The notes below the pieces were generated by a model. That model was not told the DNA's origin. It saw only the letters and a program-made list of their open reading frames with translations, and ran no database searches. From Anthoceros angustus (lineage: Eukaryota; Plantae; Anthocerotophyta), in assembly GCA_010909165.1 (NCBI GenBank), contig MU008157.1:930001-994000 (forward strand): a stretch of 64,000 nt of DNA, read 5' to 3'. The position numbers and the translations under genes are program-made. Shown one piece after another: positions 1-11,849 of the stretch (position 1 is the stretch's first letter; each line of letters starts with the position of its first letter).

Positions 1-1168
1 TCAGCTGAACAAGCTGAACAAGCCCGTGGACAACCGGGCCTTTGAACTCTGCAACTGCTACAATCAAGGACTCGGCGTCTGCGACAAACAGGAAGAATTA
101 TACTTGCAGACAACCGTGCTCTGCATGACTTGTAAGCCTGCCACGCATATAATGTCAGCACGCTTGTCGCAGGAGTTTGAAGTTCCGGAACTCACAACTT
201 GCGGCCAAGTTTTTGTCGTAATCCGGAGCAGCGCAAACAGAGAGCTGGCTTGCCGGGATGGTCTTGCAAGCCATGAGCTGCGCAATACCTTGCTTGTCTG
301 TGTTCTTGTTCTGAGCTCTCACTGGCACAACCTGGAATTTAATGTCAAGCACGGCACAGTTCAGGCTTCGCAGTGATAAAAGCTAGTACTAGGCAGTAGG
401 CCCCGCATCACCTTCAAGCCCTCTTCAAACGGTTTTCTATCCACAGTCCACACACATCACAATCCTCCAACATAGTTAATCTAAGTCCTACAGCCACAAT
501 TGTACTCGGGACTTTGCGAATGGTCTACAAAGGCAAATCCTTTTCTGTCATTGCCATCTGCGTTTTACCATATCAGGAAGCAGTTTGGTGCTTCTCTTCG
601 GCTCCACAACGAAGTTGCTGGTCGAGCCTACAGCATGGCTTGATGACAGGTGCATGATAACCGACCTACTATGCAGACCTGCAGGACGGCAGAAATTTAA
701 ACATTTATGCATGAACCAAGCCGAAAGCCTCACTAATTTGCGTCTGCCAGCATAAGAGTCCCTCGCACGACCCGCAATTCCTGCAGGATGTTCTTGCAGC
801 TGAAGCTTGTTACTAAGCAACTCGAGTTTCGTACCGTGGAAAGGGATCTCGTGAGCTGATGCCTGCAAATATCGCAGTCGCCAATACAGTCAGTTGTTGG
901 CAACAGCAAATTTCGCAGCCCAAATGAGTCCGCAAGCCCAGAGTACCTATCCGGAATCCCTCGCAGACACCAAGGCGAGGAATGGGAGTGCGAGCATATG
1001 CCACGCAAGTAGAAGCTCAATGCACGACACTAGCTTCGCGTAGTACAAGAGGCAAGTGCCTATAGCAGCCTGCGCGTACTGGCAGCAGTACAACAGCTTC
1101 CCGAGAGAATGAAAGCCAACTGATGGAGCAACGATGTCGTCATCCCATCCCTGACTAATTACGCTAAC

Positions 1169-1259
1169 GGCCGTTACACCAACTTGACAGGTTCCGATAT
1201 GTGTGTTTCCAGTTAGGGCTCTATGTAGTTAGGGCTTCCCTTTTAGGGTTAGGGTTTCC
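1169..1259 (+). repeat. Diverged duplicate of the NOL6 upstream/5' segment (other copy 2012-2082), with telo-box motifs
   Basis: GGCCGT(T/C)ACACCAAC...ACAGGTTCCGATAT(G/C)TGTGTTTC(C/T)AGTTAGGG occurs at 1169 and 2012. Both copies contain TTAGGGTT/TAGGGTTT telo-box-like motifs. Confidence 0.7.
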
Positions 1260-2156
1260 GATATGTGTGTTGGCTCTGGCTAAGATATCAAGGCATTCCA
1301 TGTCGCCACCTCGTACGGCCATGATGGCAAAGAACTTTGAATCCATGTCTGTCCGGCAGCTGATGTTTTCCGCACCAGTCCTCTTTCGACAATCAAAGAA
1401 TGGAGTTATGTACGTGTCTTGTGACAAGCACGCTCGCAAACATGTGGCCCTCCCCAGCTAAATCATAAGGACATGGAAGGAACGCTGGTGGCTAGGCGTA
1501 TATGTAAAGGAAGCCATATGTGCGAGAGAGACAACACGTTGGCGCCAAATCGCAAGGGCAAGAATGCGTCTCATTTCCTTCTACCGCATTATCCAACAAA
1601 CGGATAGAACCCCATGCTAATCAGGAAGGTTTCAATCACCATTCTTCCTGAGCATCCTCGCTTAGGCGAGCTTTCCTCACTGCCAGAAGGCTTGCGATCA
1701 GGCCTGTCCTGCCCGTGACGGTCCGATTGCCGCGGAGATCGCTGAGCAGATCGATCAGATCGATCGGCCTCGATCGGTCGCTAAACTTAATTAGGCGTTT
1801 TCTATTGTATATAACCATCTAAACACATGAGATATATATATAATACTAAAAAATCTGGAAGATGTTAAGCATCTATTATAGAATATAACAAATTAACCTG
1901 GTCACACAAAAGAAATAGGGTCGAATTTGAACACTTCTCGAAGTCAAAAACAACTTTGGTGATTCGGCTATATATGTACCCAGAGCTACGATGACCCTAG
2001 CTCCAACTGAGGGCCGTCACACCAACCTTCATACAGGTTCCGATATCTGTGTTTCTAGTTAGGGTTTCCTTTGCTAGGGTTTAAGCCGGGGTTTTAGCCT
2101 CCCTGACTGTCTCAGTTCACATTTGGACTCGCTGCTGGCAATCGCTGTGTGGAGAA

Positions 2157-5100
2157 ATGGCGGAGTTCTCCCTGGGTGAGGGGAAAGTCCGGGAACTTCT
2201 TAAGGAGATCAGCTTGGATTACACCAACCTCAAGCCTATCAACGATGCCGTTGCGGCGTTGCGCGAAGTTCTGCTCAGTTTGCCTGAGCAGCAGGTAGTT
2301 GCCGTTGCATATGAGTAGCTGCTTGATCTTTGTAAAGCGTCTCGCACTCCTGCCAGGTTCTTGTGCTCAATTAAGCCGACGTGCTTTTAGCAACCCCCCG
2401 GGGCTGTGGTGATTTGCACGTGACTATGAGCACATATATTCACTGTGAACTCTGTATGCCTCTCTTGACTGGCCTGCGGGTCTTGACTTGGTGGCCCAGA
2501 TTTTCCTACATTATTTCCTAATATGAATGTGGATTGTGGGTCTCCTTTTGCCTGAGGTGGTTTACTTGTCTGGACTAGCTGCTGCTGCTGGCGTACTGCT
2601 CTTCGCCTTCTGGCATGGCAGTTGAAGTTTGTGAGGCTCTCACTGATTCCGTCCCTGTTATATTTTTGCCAGGTCTCGGCATCTCTGGCACCGCAGTTTG
2701 TCAAGGACTTGGGGTTGGCAGAGAACAAAGCAAGATTTCAGTTTGTTAAGCCTGAAAGTGTGACCGTCGTTGGTAGCTATGCACTCAAGACAGTTACGAA
2801 ACCTAGCCTGACTGTGGATCTGGCTGTACGAATGCCCAAAGTATATATTCAGCATTTTCCTCTCTGTCTTGTTGTGCAGACAGCACGCTGTGTCCTTTGT
2901 AGTTCTGCCCACTGACTTTCACTTGGCAGTGTTGCTTCGGGGAGAAAGACTATTTGAACCATCGCTATCATGCAAAGCGGGCCCTGTATCTTGCGGTCAT
3001 CCAACGACGACTGGAAAGCTGTCAGTTTGTGGCAAGGATTGAGTGCTCCTCTTTGTGTGGTGACTTCAGGAAGCCAGTTTTGGTAGTGCACGTTGGTGAG
3101 TTTCTCAGTCACTCTGGCTTCATTGAATATTCGCGGTTGTGTCCTGGCTCGTGAATTGTGCTAATTTTTAAGATGGTGTTTCTCTAGTATCGAAAGCCAA
3201 TGCTGCACAAGGGATGGCTGTCAGAGTAATCCCCACCATTGCAAGCAATGTTTTTTTAACATCCAAGTTGGCACTTACCCGAAACAATGTGAGAGATGCA
3301 AAGTCAGATGGTAAGTGCCTTTCAGCTCTTCAAGGTGGGACCTATCAGTCATCAGCTGCTCTAGTATATCTATGTTCATCGAACAAGAAGGGCCCAGCCT
3401 GTGGTTTTGTATTGTTCTTGATCGGTGATTGTTATATATGTTGGCAGGACAGAAGGCCAGGTTCAACCAACCCCTCATTACAGTGCTAGTGTTTTAGAGG
3501 ATGCATTTATTGAAGAACATCAGAAAGTGCTGAAAGACCTGCTCTCTGTAGCAGATGCTGTTCGGGATGTAGTTTGTTTGCTGAAGGTTTCTGCCTCCCA
3601 ACTATCCACAGTCTGTCTGAGTGGTCTCTTTTTTTCTCTGGCTTGATCCCTCTTGTTCCCCATGTATTCCAGGTGTGGTGTAGGCAAAGAGGATTTCATC
3701 ATTCTTATGATGGAGTGTCCAGTCACCTAATAACTTTGCTGGTGGCCCATCTGTCTACAACTGCTGGTGGCAAGCGAGTCAAAAGTCATTTATCGGTGTT
3801 GCAACTGTTCCGAATTGTAATGGATTCCATTGGTATGGTCTTACACCCAGTTGCAAAAGTCTTTTGTCTTTTAATGTACGGTCGCTCTTGCATTTGCTCA
3901 CAAATATTGTCATGCCATTACAGCCAATTCTGATATTTTGGGGAAGGGTGTTTTCTTACAATCTGAAGACGGCCTCCCAGTTCCAAATGAGGTACTTTTG
4001 AGTCATGTGTGTGGTTCTGTTTCATGTCATCAGGCCTGTGACTTCTGTCTGACACATCCTCTCCTTGTCAGAAACGACGGTTAATGGAGCACTCTTTTGA
4101 GGTTAATATTTGTGACCCCTCAAGTGTATACAACTTTGCGCACAGAGTATCAAAGAGTGCACTGGCTGAGGTGAGTCTTATTGTTTTGACCTTATTGTGG
4201 GACTCAGCTCCAACACCTTGGTGTTTTATGGATATGTTTTTTGCCCCACAGGTGAAGGAGGCTGCTGCGCAGACTCTTGCTGCTATGAGCTCAAGCAGGG
4301 ACAATGGATTTGACTCAGTGTTCATGACACCTGTTGATTTTGCTGCCAAGTACGACTATCACATAAGGTTGGTGTCGATGCAATGTTCACCTTGATAAGG
4401 CATGTTTGTAGTTGACGGCGATGGACTGGAGTCACTTTTATGCCTCAGCGTATGGCATAGAAAGCGCTGAAAATCGCCAACACTGATGGGTTTAGCTCCT
4501 TCTGGTCGTGGGTTTAATTCCCTGTCCTTGGTGCTTATCCAAACATGAATGTGTTGAATAATGTGTAATAGGACACGAGTGTCTCGGATCCTTGTGTGCT
4601 TTGTCTATGGCGATGGACTAGAGTCACTTGTGTGCCTGGTGTGGTGGCACATACAGCGCTGAAAATCGCCTATACTGGTCAGCTTCGAGCTTTACAGTGT
4701 AAAGCTAGCTTACTGCGCTTGCACTGACTCATGGCTGAAAATATTGGCATTCCTTTCCACAAATCCCTCCTGAACATCATGTATTAAAATCTCCTTGACA
4801 TAGATTCAACTACCACTTCAGTGTCTGGTCCTTGTTTTCTCAAGATCTGCAGATTCTTTGTACGCTGTGCCTATGGCGATGTACTAGAGTCGCTTGTGTG
4901 CTTGGTGTGGTTGCAGATAGAGGGCTAGAAATCGCCCTAACTGGTTAGCTAGGGGTCGAGGGTTGCTGTGTACAGCTATTTGTTTACGCTTTCACTGACT
5001 CATGGCCTTCCGTTCTGTTGTTCTGCAGTAAATAGAATTCTGGGCTTGTATTAAAATTTGTTTGTACAGCTGTTGGAAAGTCCTAAAACTCCCTGTTGGA

Positions 5101-8100
5101 ATTGCCTTGAATGTCCCCTGGGGGTCAAGCTTAGAGCTATCTGTTGAGGCCGTCATTTGAATTTCATGCCCCTTTTTTCTTGACATACTGTGTGCACAGT
5201 GTGTTGCATATCGAATGCCTAGCTGGTTGCTATTACTGGCAGCTGATTCAATTTTGGGTGTCTCAGGTGGGATGCAGCAGAGAATGCTGGGTCAAACCCC
5301 TCTACTTCATATTGTCTGGATGAAGAATCGTGGAGAGTTCTGGAGCGTCATTTGGAGTCTGTGCTCTTTCGAGCGCTGCAAGATAGAGTCAAGTCGGTCC
5401 GGGTTTTGCGAAGGACACTACCTAGTGGATGGGATATGAAAAAGGTGAGTGACGAGCCTGTATGATTGTTGTAGGCTATGTTGTGTACATCAGTGTGTAC
5501 TTTCGGGCTCACGGGAGTTACTTGTAACTAGGGCCTCATACATGTTGACAAGGGTCCACTTTTTGCTGGAGTAGTTCTTGGGGATTTCTCAACTGCTCTA
5601 CGCATGGCAACTGTTGGGCCAAGTGCGGAGAGGAAAGACGAAGTAATGTTCTTGTGTCTAGTATGTTCTGTATTTGTTGGGACATGAATGAGTTTTGATG
5701 ACATTCCACCTTATAATTGTTCTGTATTCACAGGCAAAAGAGTTTAGGGATTTTTGGGGTAGTAGAGCTGAACTCCGGCGGTGGCCTGATGGAACCATCA
5801 CTGAAACTGCTGGTTTGAGCTTTTAACCCTGCTGTCTCTCAGTTTACAAGCTTGACTTTGGTAGTGTTCATTGGCCAAGGCCACAATGAGGAAATATGAA
5901 GCAACCATAGTGCAGTTTACCTGTAAAGGTTCTGTATGATGTGGTGGAAAACTCGTTGTCTGAGTGGTCTCATGTCATTGTCGGAAAGGTTGTGTGCATG
6001 AGGGTCTCGGAATTTGTCCTAACCGTGAACCTGTGATCAATTTGTTCTAACCGTGAACCTCTGTGATCACAGCATGGGAATGCCAACCCTGGCAAAGGCA
6101 TCTGGTAATCAAGAAGATCCTTGAGCATGTGATTACCCGTCATTTAGGAGCAGCTTTGAATGATGTACATGTCGTAGCTGGACAGTTGGATTTCTCTGTG
6201 TTGGAGTCAGGAAAAGGTATCAGTGCTGAGGTTCTTGGCTTCCTTGCAGTGTCATCACCATAATACAAATACTGATACAACTTACTGTTGGATGTCGCAG
6301 ATTTTGTGTCTTCAACTTCAAAGTTGGCTGCGGCCTCAAAGGTCTTGTCTGACCGACTGAGAAATTTGGAACATGTGCCACTGAAAGTTGTTGCGGTGCA
6401 CCTTTTAAGTTCAGGTATTGAATGTGCTTCCTGACAATGTCTCTGCCTGCCAGTGTGGATGGCTGCCTGCTAAAAGAATTAGATATAATCTGACTCGAGA
6501 GCTTTCCAGCATTCAGGCAAGCTGCTGTGTTTCCTCCTGAAACACATCCCCTAGCGGATGAAACGAATTCTCAAACACCTCCCAAATTCTCACCCCGTTG
6601 CTTGGACCCTTTGGAGGTTGCAATTGAGGTATGTCATGTCAGGTTGTTTGCTTGGCACCTGTTCTCAAACACTGGAATCTGGCGTGTGGAGTAACAATGA
6701 TTTTGCCTTGTAGCTTGAAGGATCTGGTAGTTGGCCAGCTGACCTGGGTGCTGTACAAAAAATCAAAATGGCATTTCTCTTAAAGATAGCAGAAAGGTAT
6801 GATCAACTGTTGACCTTCTTCCTTCCAGCACTTTGACTGAGCCTTAACTTGTGGTTATTGGCTCTTCTTTGCCTTGCAGCTTTCAGAGAAGTTGGAGGGT
6901 GTCATACTTCTTGACCAACAATGCTGTCGATGTTCTCATGCACGGCTTTGCATTTCGTCTTAGTATCTGTTATGAGAAGGATCCCAGTATCGTCAGAAAA
7001 ATGGTTCCTTCTGGTACAGCGACTGAGAACAGCAGGGAGGACAATCCTATGAGTCCAAGTTCGTTTGGAGCAGTCCGCCCTGATGAAGATCTGCTTCTCA
7101 AAAGGTCTCATGCAAAGCTGCTGGATAGTCTCCAGGGTTTACACCCTGTCTTTGGGCCCATTGTAAGGTCAGTTTCTACTTGTAGACGTTTTCTGTTGTT
7201 TTTTATGCTTGGTCCTCTGGTTCTTGATGCATTTGCACTCCTTGGCTAACGTGTTCTTTGGTGCAACTGCATTTTCAGATTAGCAAAACGCTGGGTGGCT
7301 GCCCACTTCCTTGGAACTGCCGTTTGTGAAGAAGCAGTGGAGTTATTGGTGGCATACTTATTTACTAATCCTTACCCATTCTCTCCTCCGTTATCCCGCA
7401 TCACTGGATTTTTAAGGTAATCATAGTCAGAGGTACTTCTGATCTGTTTCAGGCTTTGTTAGTAGTTTCCTCAACAGGACATGTTATGATGTTCAGGGAA
7501 ACAGTCACTGTTGGAACTGTGTGTGGAAATTATTATTTTGATTGTTCGATGTCATGTTGCAATGATGAGAACACAGATAATGTTGATCATGGTCTTTGGA
7601 CCTGTGAAATGAGACAAGATTCCTGATAGCGGTTAGCTGAGCAACTTTGTCTTGAGCTGATAAGTTCCTGCTAGACGTGATGGTCGTGTTGTTTGGGCTT
7701 GGTGATCAATGGAATTTTGATGTTCTTATCCAGGTTTTTGAACTTGCTAGCAACACACGACTGGGATCTGGTGCCCATAGTCGTGGATGTCAACAAAGAC
7801 ATGTCAGCTGATGACATTGAGAGCATTATGGTACCTTCAAGTGCGCCAGACATGTTTTTGCCATTTTTTCAATGAACAGGTGATTGAAAAGTCACTAATT
7901 TCCTAGCATGTATGCACTGATCAGGAACACTTCGATGCTATAAGGTTGGGGGAGAATCAACCTGAGCTGAAAGGACCTCCGATGTTCATCAGTACCCCAT
8001 ATGATCGAGTTTCGCGAACATGGACGTTTTGTTCTCCTTCTGTTAGTGTAAGTGTGCTGTGGATGCTGTACAAGGTTCTTACAAATTTCCTAGTGTACTT

Positions 8101-9095
8101 GTACAGTATATCCACAATAGTTAACAGGCTGATGGCTTGTCTACAGGACTTACAGAAAATTGTTTCCTATGCACGAGCTGCAGCCACACTACTTGTACGG
8201 CTCATCCACAAGGAAGATGATAAATGGGCGGTAGGGTCATGAAGCATGGTTTTGTGGACTTAAAGTCATGATTCTCCTTCCTGGCACCTGACTTCTTGTC
8301 TGCTCTGTGTAGTCTTTGTTTCGGACACCTTTCAATTGCTATGATGCAGTAATACATCTGCATCACGATAGTTTGCCTCACCCTGATCGTGTTCTCTTCA
8401 AGAACGATGTCTGGATGCAAGGTGTGGAAAGTGGTCCAAAATCCTTGTTTTTTTTTTGCAAGTGTTTGTCTGAGGAGACTTTGTGACTTCCTAGGCTCGG
8501 TTGATACAGGCACTGGGTGCGGAGGCCCCTGGCCTGAGCCCATTGGGTACTTGTCAAAATCCGTTGTGAAGCTTGGAGCAGACAGGTTGCGAAGTCAACT
8601 GCTTATTGGGTTTGACCCGATAGCCTGCTTTGTGAAAGATCTGAAGGTAGCATTGTGCAGAGGTTCCTTCTGTATGTCGTTCACTGTGGCAGGGCTTTTA
8701 TTCCGAACTGAAGTGGTATGAATCTAGGTTAAGTTCGCGAACAGCATCACCGTTTTTTATGATCGTTTGGGTGGGAGCGATGTTGTGTGCTTGACGATGG
8801 ACAAATTCCAGGTAACTTCTATCATCGTTTGTCTGTCGCTTTTGCAAGATCCACTGGAAACTGGGGTGTAATGACGCACTTTTTTCATATCTTTGATCGG
8901 ATTATGCAGCAGAGGGATGTTGGGAAAAAGAACTCCGAGGAGAACAGGCGTTCGGCCGGGGGCATCAAAAGGAAACGTATAGAAGGGGCTGTGCCGGTTA
9001 GAGACGTGCAAAGTTTAGTGTCTGCCATCTGTAAAGTTGGACATGGCCTTGTTAAGAGCGTGCAGATCGTGGAGGACGCGCGAAAAGTTTTTTGA
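2157..9095 (+). CDS. NOL6: Nucleolar protein 6 / UTP22 / Nrap (multi-exon; span includes introns)
   Basis: Exon translations match Nrap motifs: VTVVGSYALKTVTKPSLTVDLAVRMPK, EKDYLNHRYHAKRALYLAVI, DPSSVYNFAHRVS, EFRDFWGSRAELRRWPDGTITET, HPVFGPIVRLAKRWVAAH, LIGFDPIACFVKDL. ATG at 2157, last exon ends ...VQIVEDARKVF* at 9095, GT-AG introns. Confidence 0.93.
4417..4548 (+). ncRNA. Intronic H/ACA snoRNA, copy 1 (putative guide for 25S rRNA psi, yeast U2416 equivalent)
   Basis: Hairpin 1: lower stem GGCGAT/ATCGCC, upper stem CTTTTATGCC/GGCATAGAAAG, pocket GGACTGGAGTC + GCT. An H-like box ACACTG lies 14 nt after the pocket. Hairpin 2 (GATGGG/CTTATC) is followed by ACA at 4543-4545. Length ~132 nt. 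Confidence 0.7.
4609..4734 (+). ncRNA. Intronic H/ACA snoRNA, copy 2
   Basis: Same hairpin 1: GGCGAT/ATCGCC, pocket GGACTAGAGTC + GCT, upper stem TGTGTGCC/GGCACATA with compensatory changes vs copy 1. ATACTG at 14 nt. Hairpin 2 stem GGTCAG/CTGACT. The terminal ACA is non-canonical (TCA). Confidence 0.6.
4875..5005 (+). ncRNA. Intronic H/ACA snoRNA, copy 3
   Basis: GGCGAT/ATCGCC stem, pocket ACTAGAGTC + GCT, hinge TAACTG, hairpin 2 stem GGTTAG/CTGACT. Shares its 3' end CACTGACTCATGG with copy 2. Confidence 0.55.
5879..5969 (+). ncRNA. Intronic box C/D snoRNA candidate (variant C box)
   Basis: Terminal stem GGCCAC/GTGGTC, then A + C box ATGAGGA (5886-5892), D box CTGA (5960-5963), internal C'-like ATGATGT. 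91 nt, inside a NOL6 intron. Confidence 0.6.
7556..7645 (+). ncRNA. Intronic box C/D snoRNA candidate
   Basis: Terminal stem GTTGC/GCAAC, then A + canonical C box ATGATGA (7562-7568), D box CTGA (7637-7640). 90 nt, inside a NOL6 intron. Confidence 0.7.
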
Positions 9096-9452
9096 TGGTG
9101 TTCCACCTCCCGGGAGGAGGATTTCACTTAAGAGTGAACGCACAAGTCAAAAGTTTGTCAAGTTTTCTTGACTGTCGTGACAATTGAAACTCCTCTGGAT
9201 ATGGGGTATACCAGTTACTAGCCTTGACGTGAAGCACGAGTTTCGAAGTTACCTGTGAACCTGATTGTGGGGAGCGTGAAATACACTTGTGCATGTCTCG
9301 TGCCAGTGTGTAGCTGTGTCTCAACTGTGCCAAATACAACCGAGCTGCCGATATGCACCTAAAATCCGGAATACGAGCAGTTTCCATTAGCTAACTATTG
9401 CACACTGCCTAGGTACTGGTATGAACCTGAAGCTGAAACCTAAAACTAAAAC

Positions 9453-10642
9453 CTAAGCCTGATGAGAATTTGAGGAAAGCGTCGTGGAATGTGATTGATT
9501 TCCAGTACCGTCTGTGACAGACATATGACCGTCCAGATTCACTTGCCTGGAATACAGCTGATCGAAATATCTCCACATTTGTTGAGACGAGCAGCTGGTA
9601 AAATCCGAAGGGTTGCCCTCCGCCACCTCCCACCAGCCATGAAGATCAATTTCGCAGGCGAGCTGCTCAGTCGTCCATTCAACGTGTCCAAGATACAACT
9701 TGGCGTCTGTGACAGGCATATAGCCTGTGGTACTGCTGTGAAGCACGCTTTGTAGAGCGTGGACATCACCAAGGTAGAGCTCTGGCATCACTCTCTCAAA
9801 TCCTCGAAGTCCCTTCCGCTTTGTCAGGATGTGCAAGCGAGGGCCGGAGGTGAGTGGTCCCCCCAAATAGGTAGCTGCAGATCGAAACTTCTCCTCAGCC
9901 TCCGGGCTCAATTGGTTGCCCAAGGCTAAAAAAGCCCCCACCGCGTCCGGGGCCAAGGTCTTGGCCATATTCGGTGGCAGAGCCTTGTTGAGGATCAAAC
10001 CTTGCAGCCTGCAATTGTCATCATCCGGAGGCCCAAAGAGCAGGACAACGGCCTTGCTGTACAGAGGATGGCTATCCACCTTCCTGGTAGCCACCAGCAC
10101 CCGTCCCGTCCTAGGCGCGACATAATCCCGAGCCGCGCCCCCAACGTCTCCAACCGGCGGTACGTCCCGGGCTTCAGGCAATCCCGCCAACTCCGGCTCC
10201 GGCACAGAGCTCCGATCCAGCCGCTGAGGCCGCTGCTGCTCCCTCCTGGCGCAAGCACGCTGATAGTCCTCCCAGATCTCCCCATCCAGAGGCCACTCAA
10301 CTGGCATCATGCAAGTGGCCGCCAGGTGCCGCCGGCCCGCATCCACAGCCCCTGAACATACACAAACCCATGGCCCGTCAGCCTCTGCAGCTCATCACAC
10401 TAACACCTCCGCCGGGACCGGATTGGGAGTACTCGCACAAGCAACTCACCACGCCTGGTGGATCCTGCCGCCGTCAACTGTGTGCGGCCTTTGGGGTCGA
10501 ACAGCGCGCATTTCTTCACGGCCAGCCGGAATGCCCTGTAGCTGCTCCTCTCATTCCCGTTCCGACACACCGCAATTGCAAGCTCGGCCACCACCGCGCC
10601 GCAAGCTGCCGGCCCGGCTGAGGCCAACATGTTCGACCTCAT
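9453..10642 (-). CDS. DUF179 (YqgE/AlgH, UPF0301) family protein, 2 exons (10642 or 10630 to 10450; 10351-9453)
   Basis: GRVLVAT, YSKAVVLL, GLILNK, YLGGPL, KLYLGHVEWTTEQLACEIDLHGWW match the DUF179 pattern. Donor G|GTGAGT at 10449 and acceptor TTCAG| at 10352 join the upstream ORF in frame. Confidence 0.8.
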
Positions 10643-11849
10643 CAAGACAGTCGTAACGTGCACACACCGCACAGCCTCTAGTAGCGCATTAAGTATGCGC
10701 GCTTCCTGAGGAGGCCTGTGCTTACGTGTTCATTTGGGTAAGGAATCACATTCGTGTCCTGAATCCGTGCTATGATTCGATCGTATTTATTGGCGCCATG
10801 TCGGCCGTTGGGCCCTGTGTCCCGTGTGGACCTTGCTGGCCACACGGCTTCATTTTCACCGAATTTATAACCGTCCGGACCGGACTTGACCTCTCACAGC
10901 CGCTATTGGGACCGGCGTACGGCGTGTGATGTGGCTAGGCTTGTGAGTACAGTCCACCCCCGCTAATTGGGGCTGGTTCGGAGTGCCTTTAGAGGTCCCA
11001 TTAAGGGAGGTGTTCCGATTACATTTTCCCTATTTAAAAATAATAAAAATATAAAATAATTATAAATATATACTCCCTATTTATAAAAATAATAAAATTA
11101 TCCCAAAAAAATTTTAAATTTTTTCTCCAACACAACACACAGGCCGCAAAGCCTTCGCCCTACCACATCCGCACATTACTGGTATTCGCAACACCAGCAC
11201 GCGGACGTATTCACACCGGACCTCCCTTGCTCCTTCCGACTGCTTCGCATTCCGTGGGGTAGTGACTTCTCAGCCTACCACCCAATTGAAAATCTCATTT
11301 AAGGAGGTGAAGCTAACATGAATGTATGTTTCAAAAGGTCCCAATTATCATTTAGGGAAAAGTCCCAATCTTTTACACTGTGAACTAAAGGAAGTAGGAT
11401 GGGAGGTCCCTTTTAGAGAGGAATCCCATTTATAGAGTTTTCAATTAAAGGCTGACATTATAAGAGCCCCAAAGACGGTGGTAATTATGGTATTAATCAC
11501 TATTATAGTGGAAATGAAATTTTATAGTTTCATCTTACGGTAATAAAAATTTAATTACATGACATGGCATTGTCTATTTATTATAGAATTCATATGTATG
11601 CAAAAAATAAATATTTTTATGTTTTATTATCAGAGTATTAGAGTAACTTGTATGTGATGTCATACATCAACTAGAGGGGGAAATGGTAACTTTAGGTGAT
11701 GCATATTGGATCTTAGACAAGAAGGGTACACTAGGAGACTATTATCACTTTTGGTCAATTGCTAACACATGACAATGATCCTAGACAAAGGGGGAGTGAC
11801 TTTGCTATGTTCTTTGAAATTGTTCTGCATTTGACGGATTTTGTGGATT

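Noticed and set aside
1-1100. Short ORFs with faint LRR-like words
   Set aside because: There is no consistent frame, strand or diagnostic motif. It may be a pseudogene but cannot be supported.
4417-4478. Reading the NOL6 intron repeats as C/D snoRNAs guiding the Um2421-equivalent site
   Set aside because: The C box is poor (GCGATGG), the D' box is absent and CTGA is lost in copy 3. The covarying hairpin, 14-nt spacing and ACA in copy 1 fit H/ACA better.
5080-5190. Possible fourth H/ACA snoRNA in the same intron
   Set aside because: There is one small hairpin and a downstream ACA, but no convincing H box or second hairpin.
10948-10975. TA-CAGTCCACCCCCGCTAATT, a pogo/Tc1-like left TIR
   Set aside because: No matching right TIR was found. 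The candidate near 13015-13027 agrees only in a few bases.
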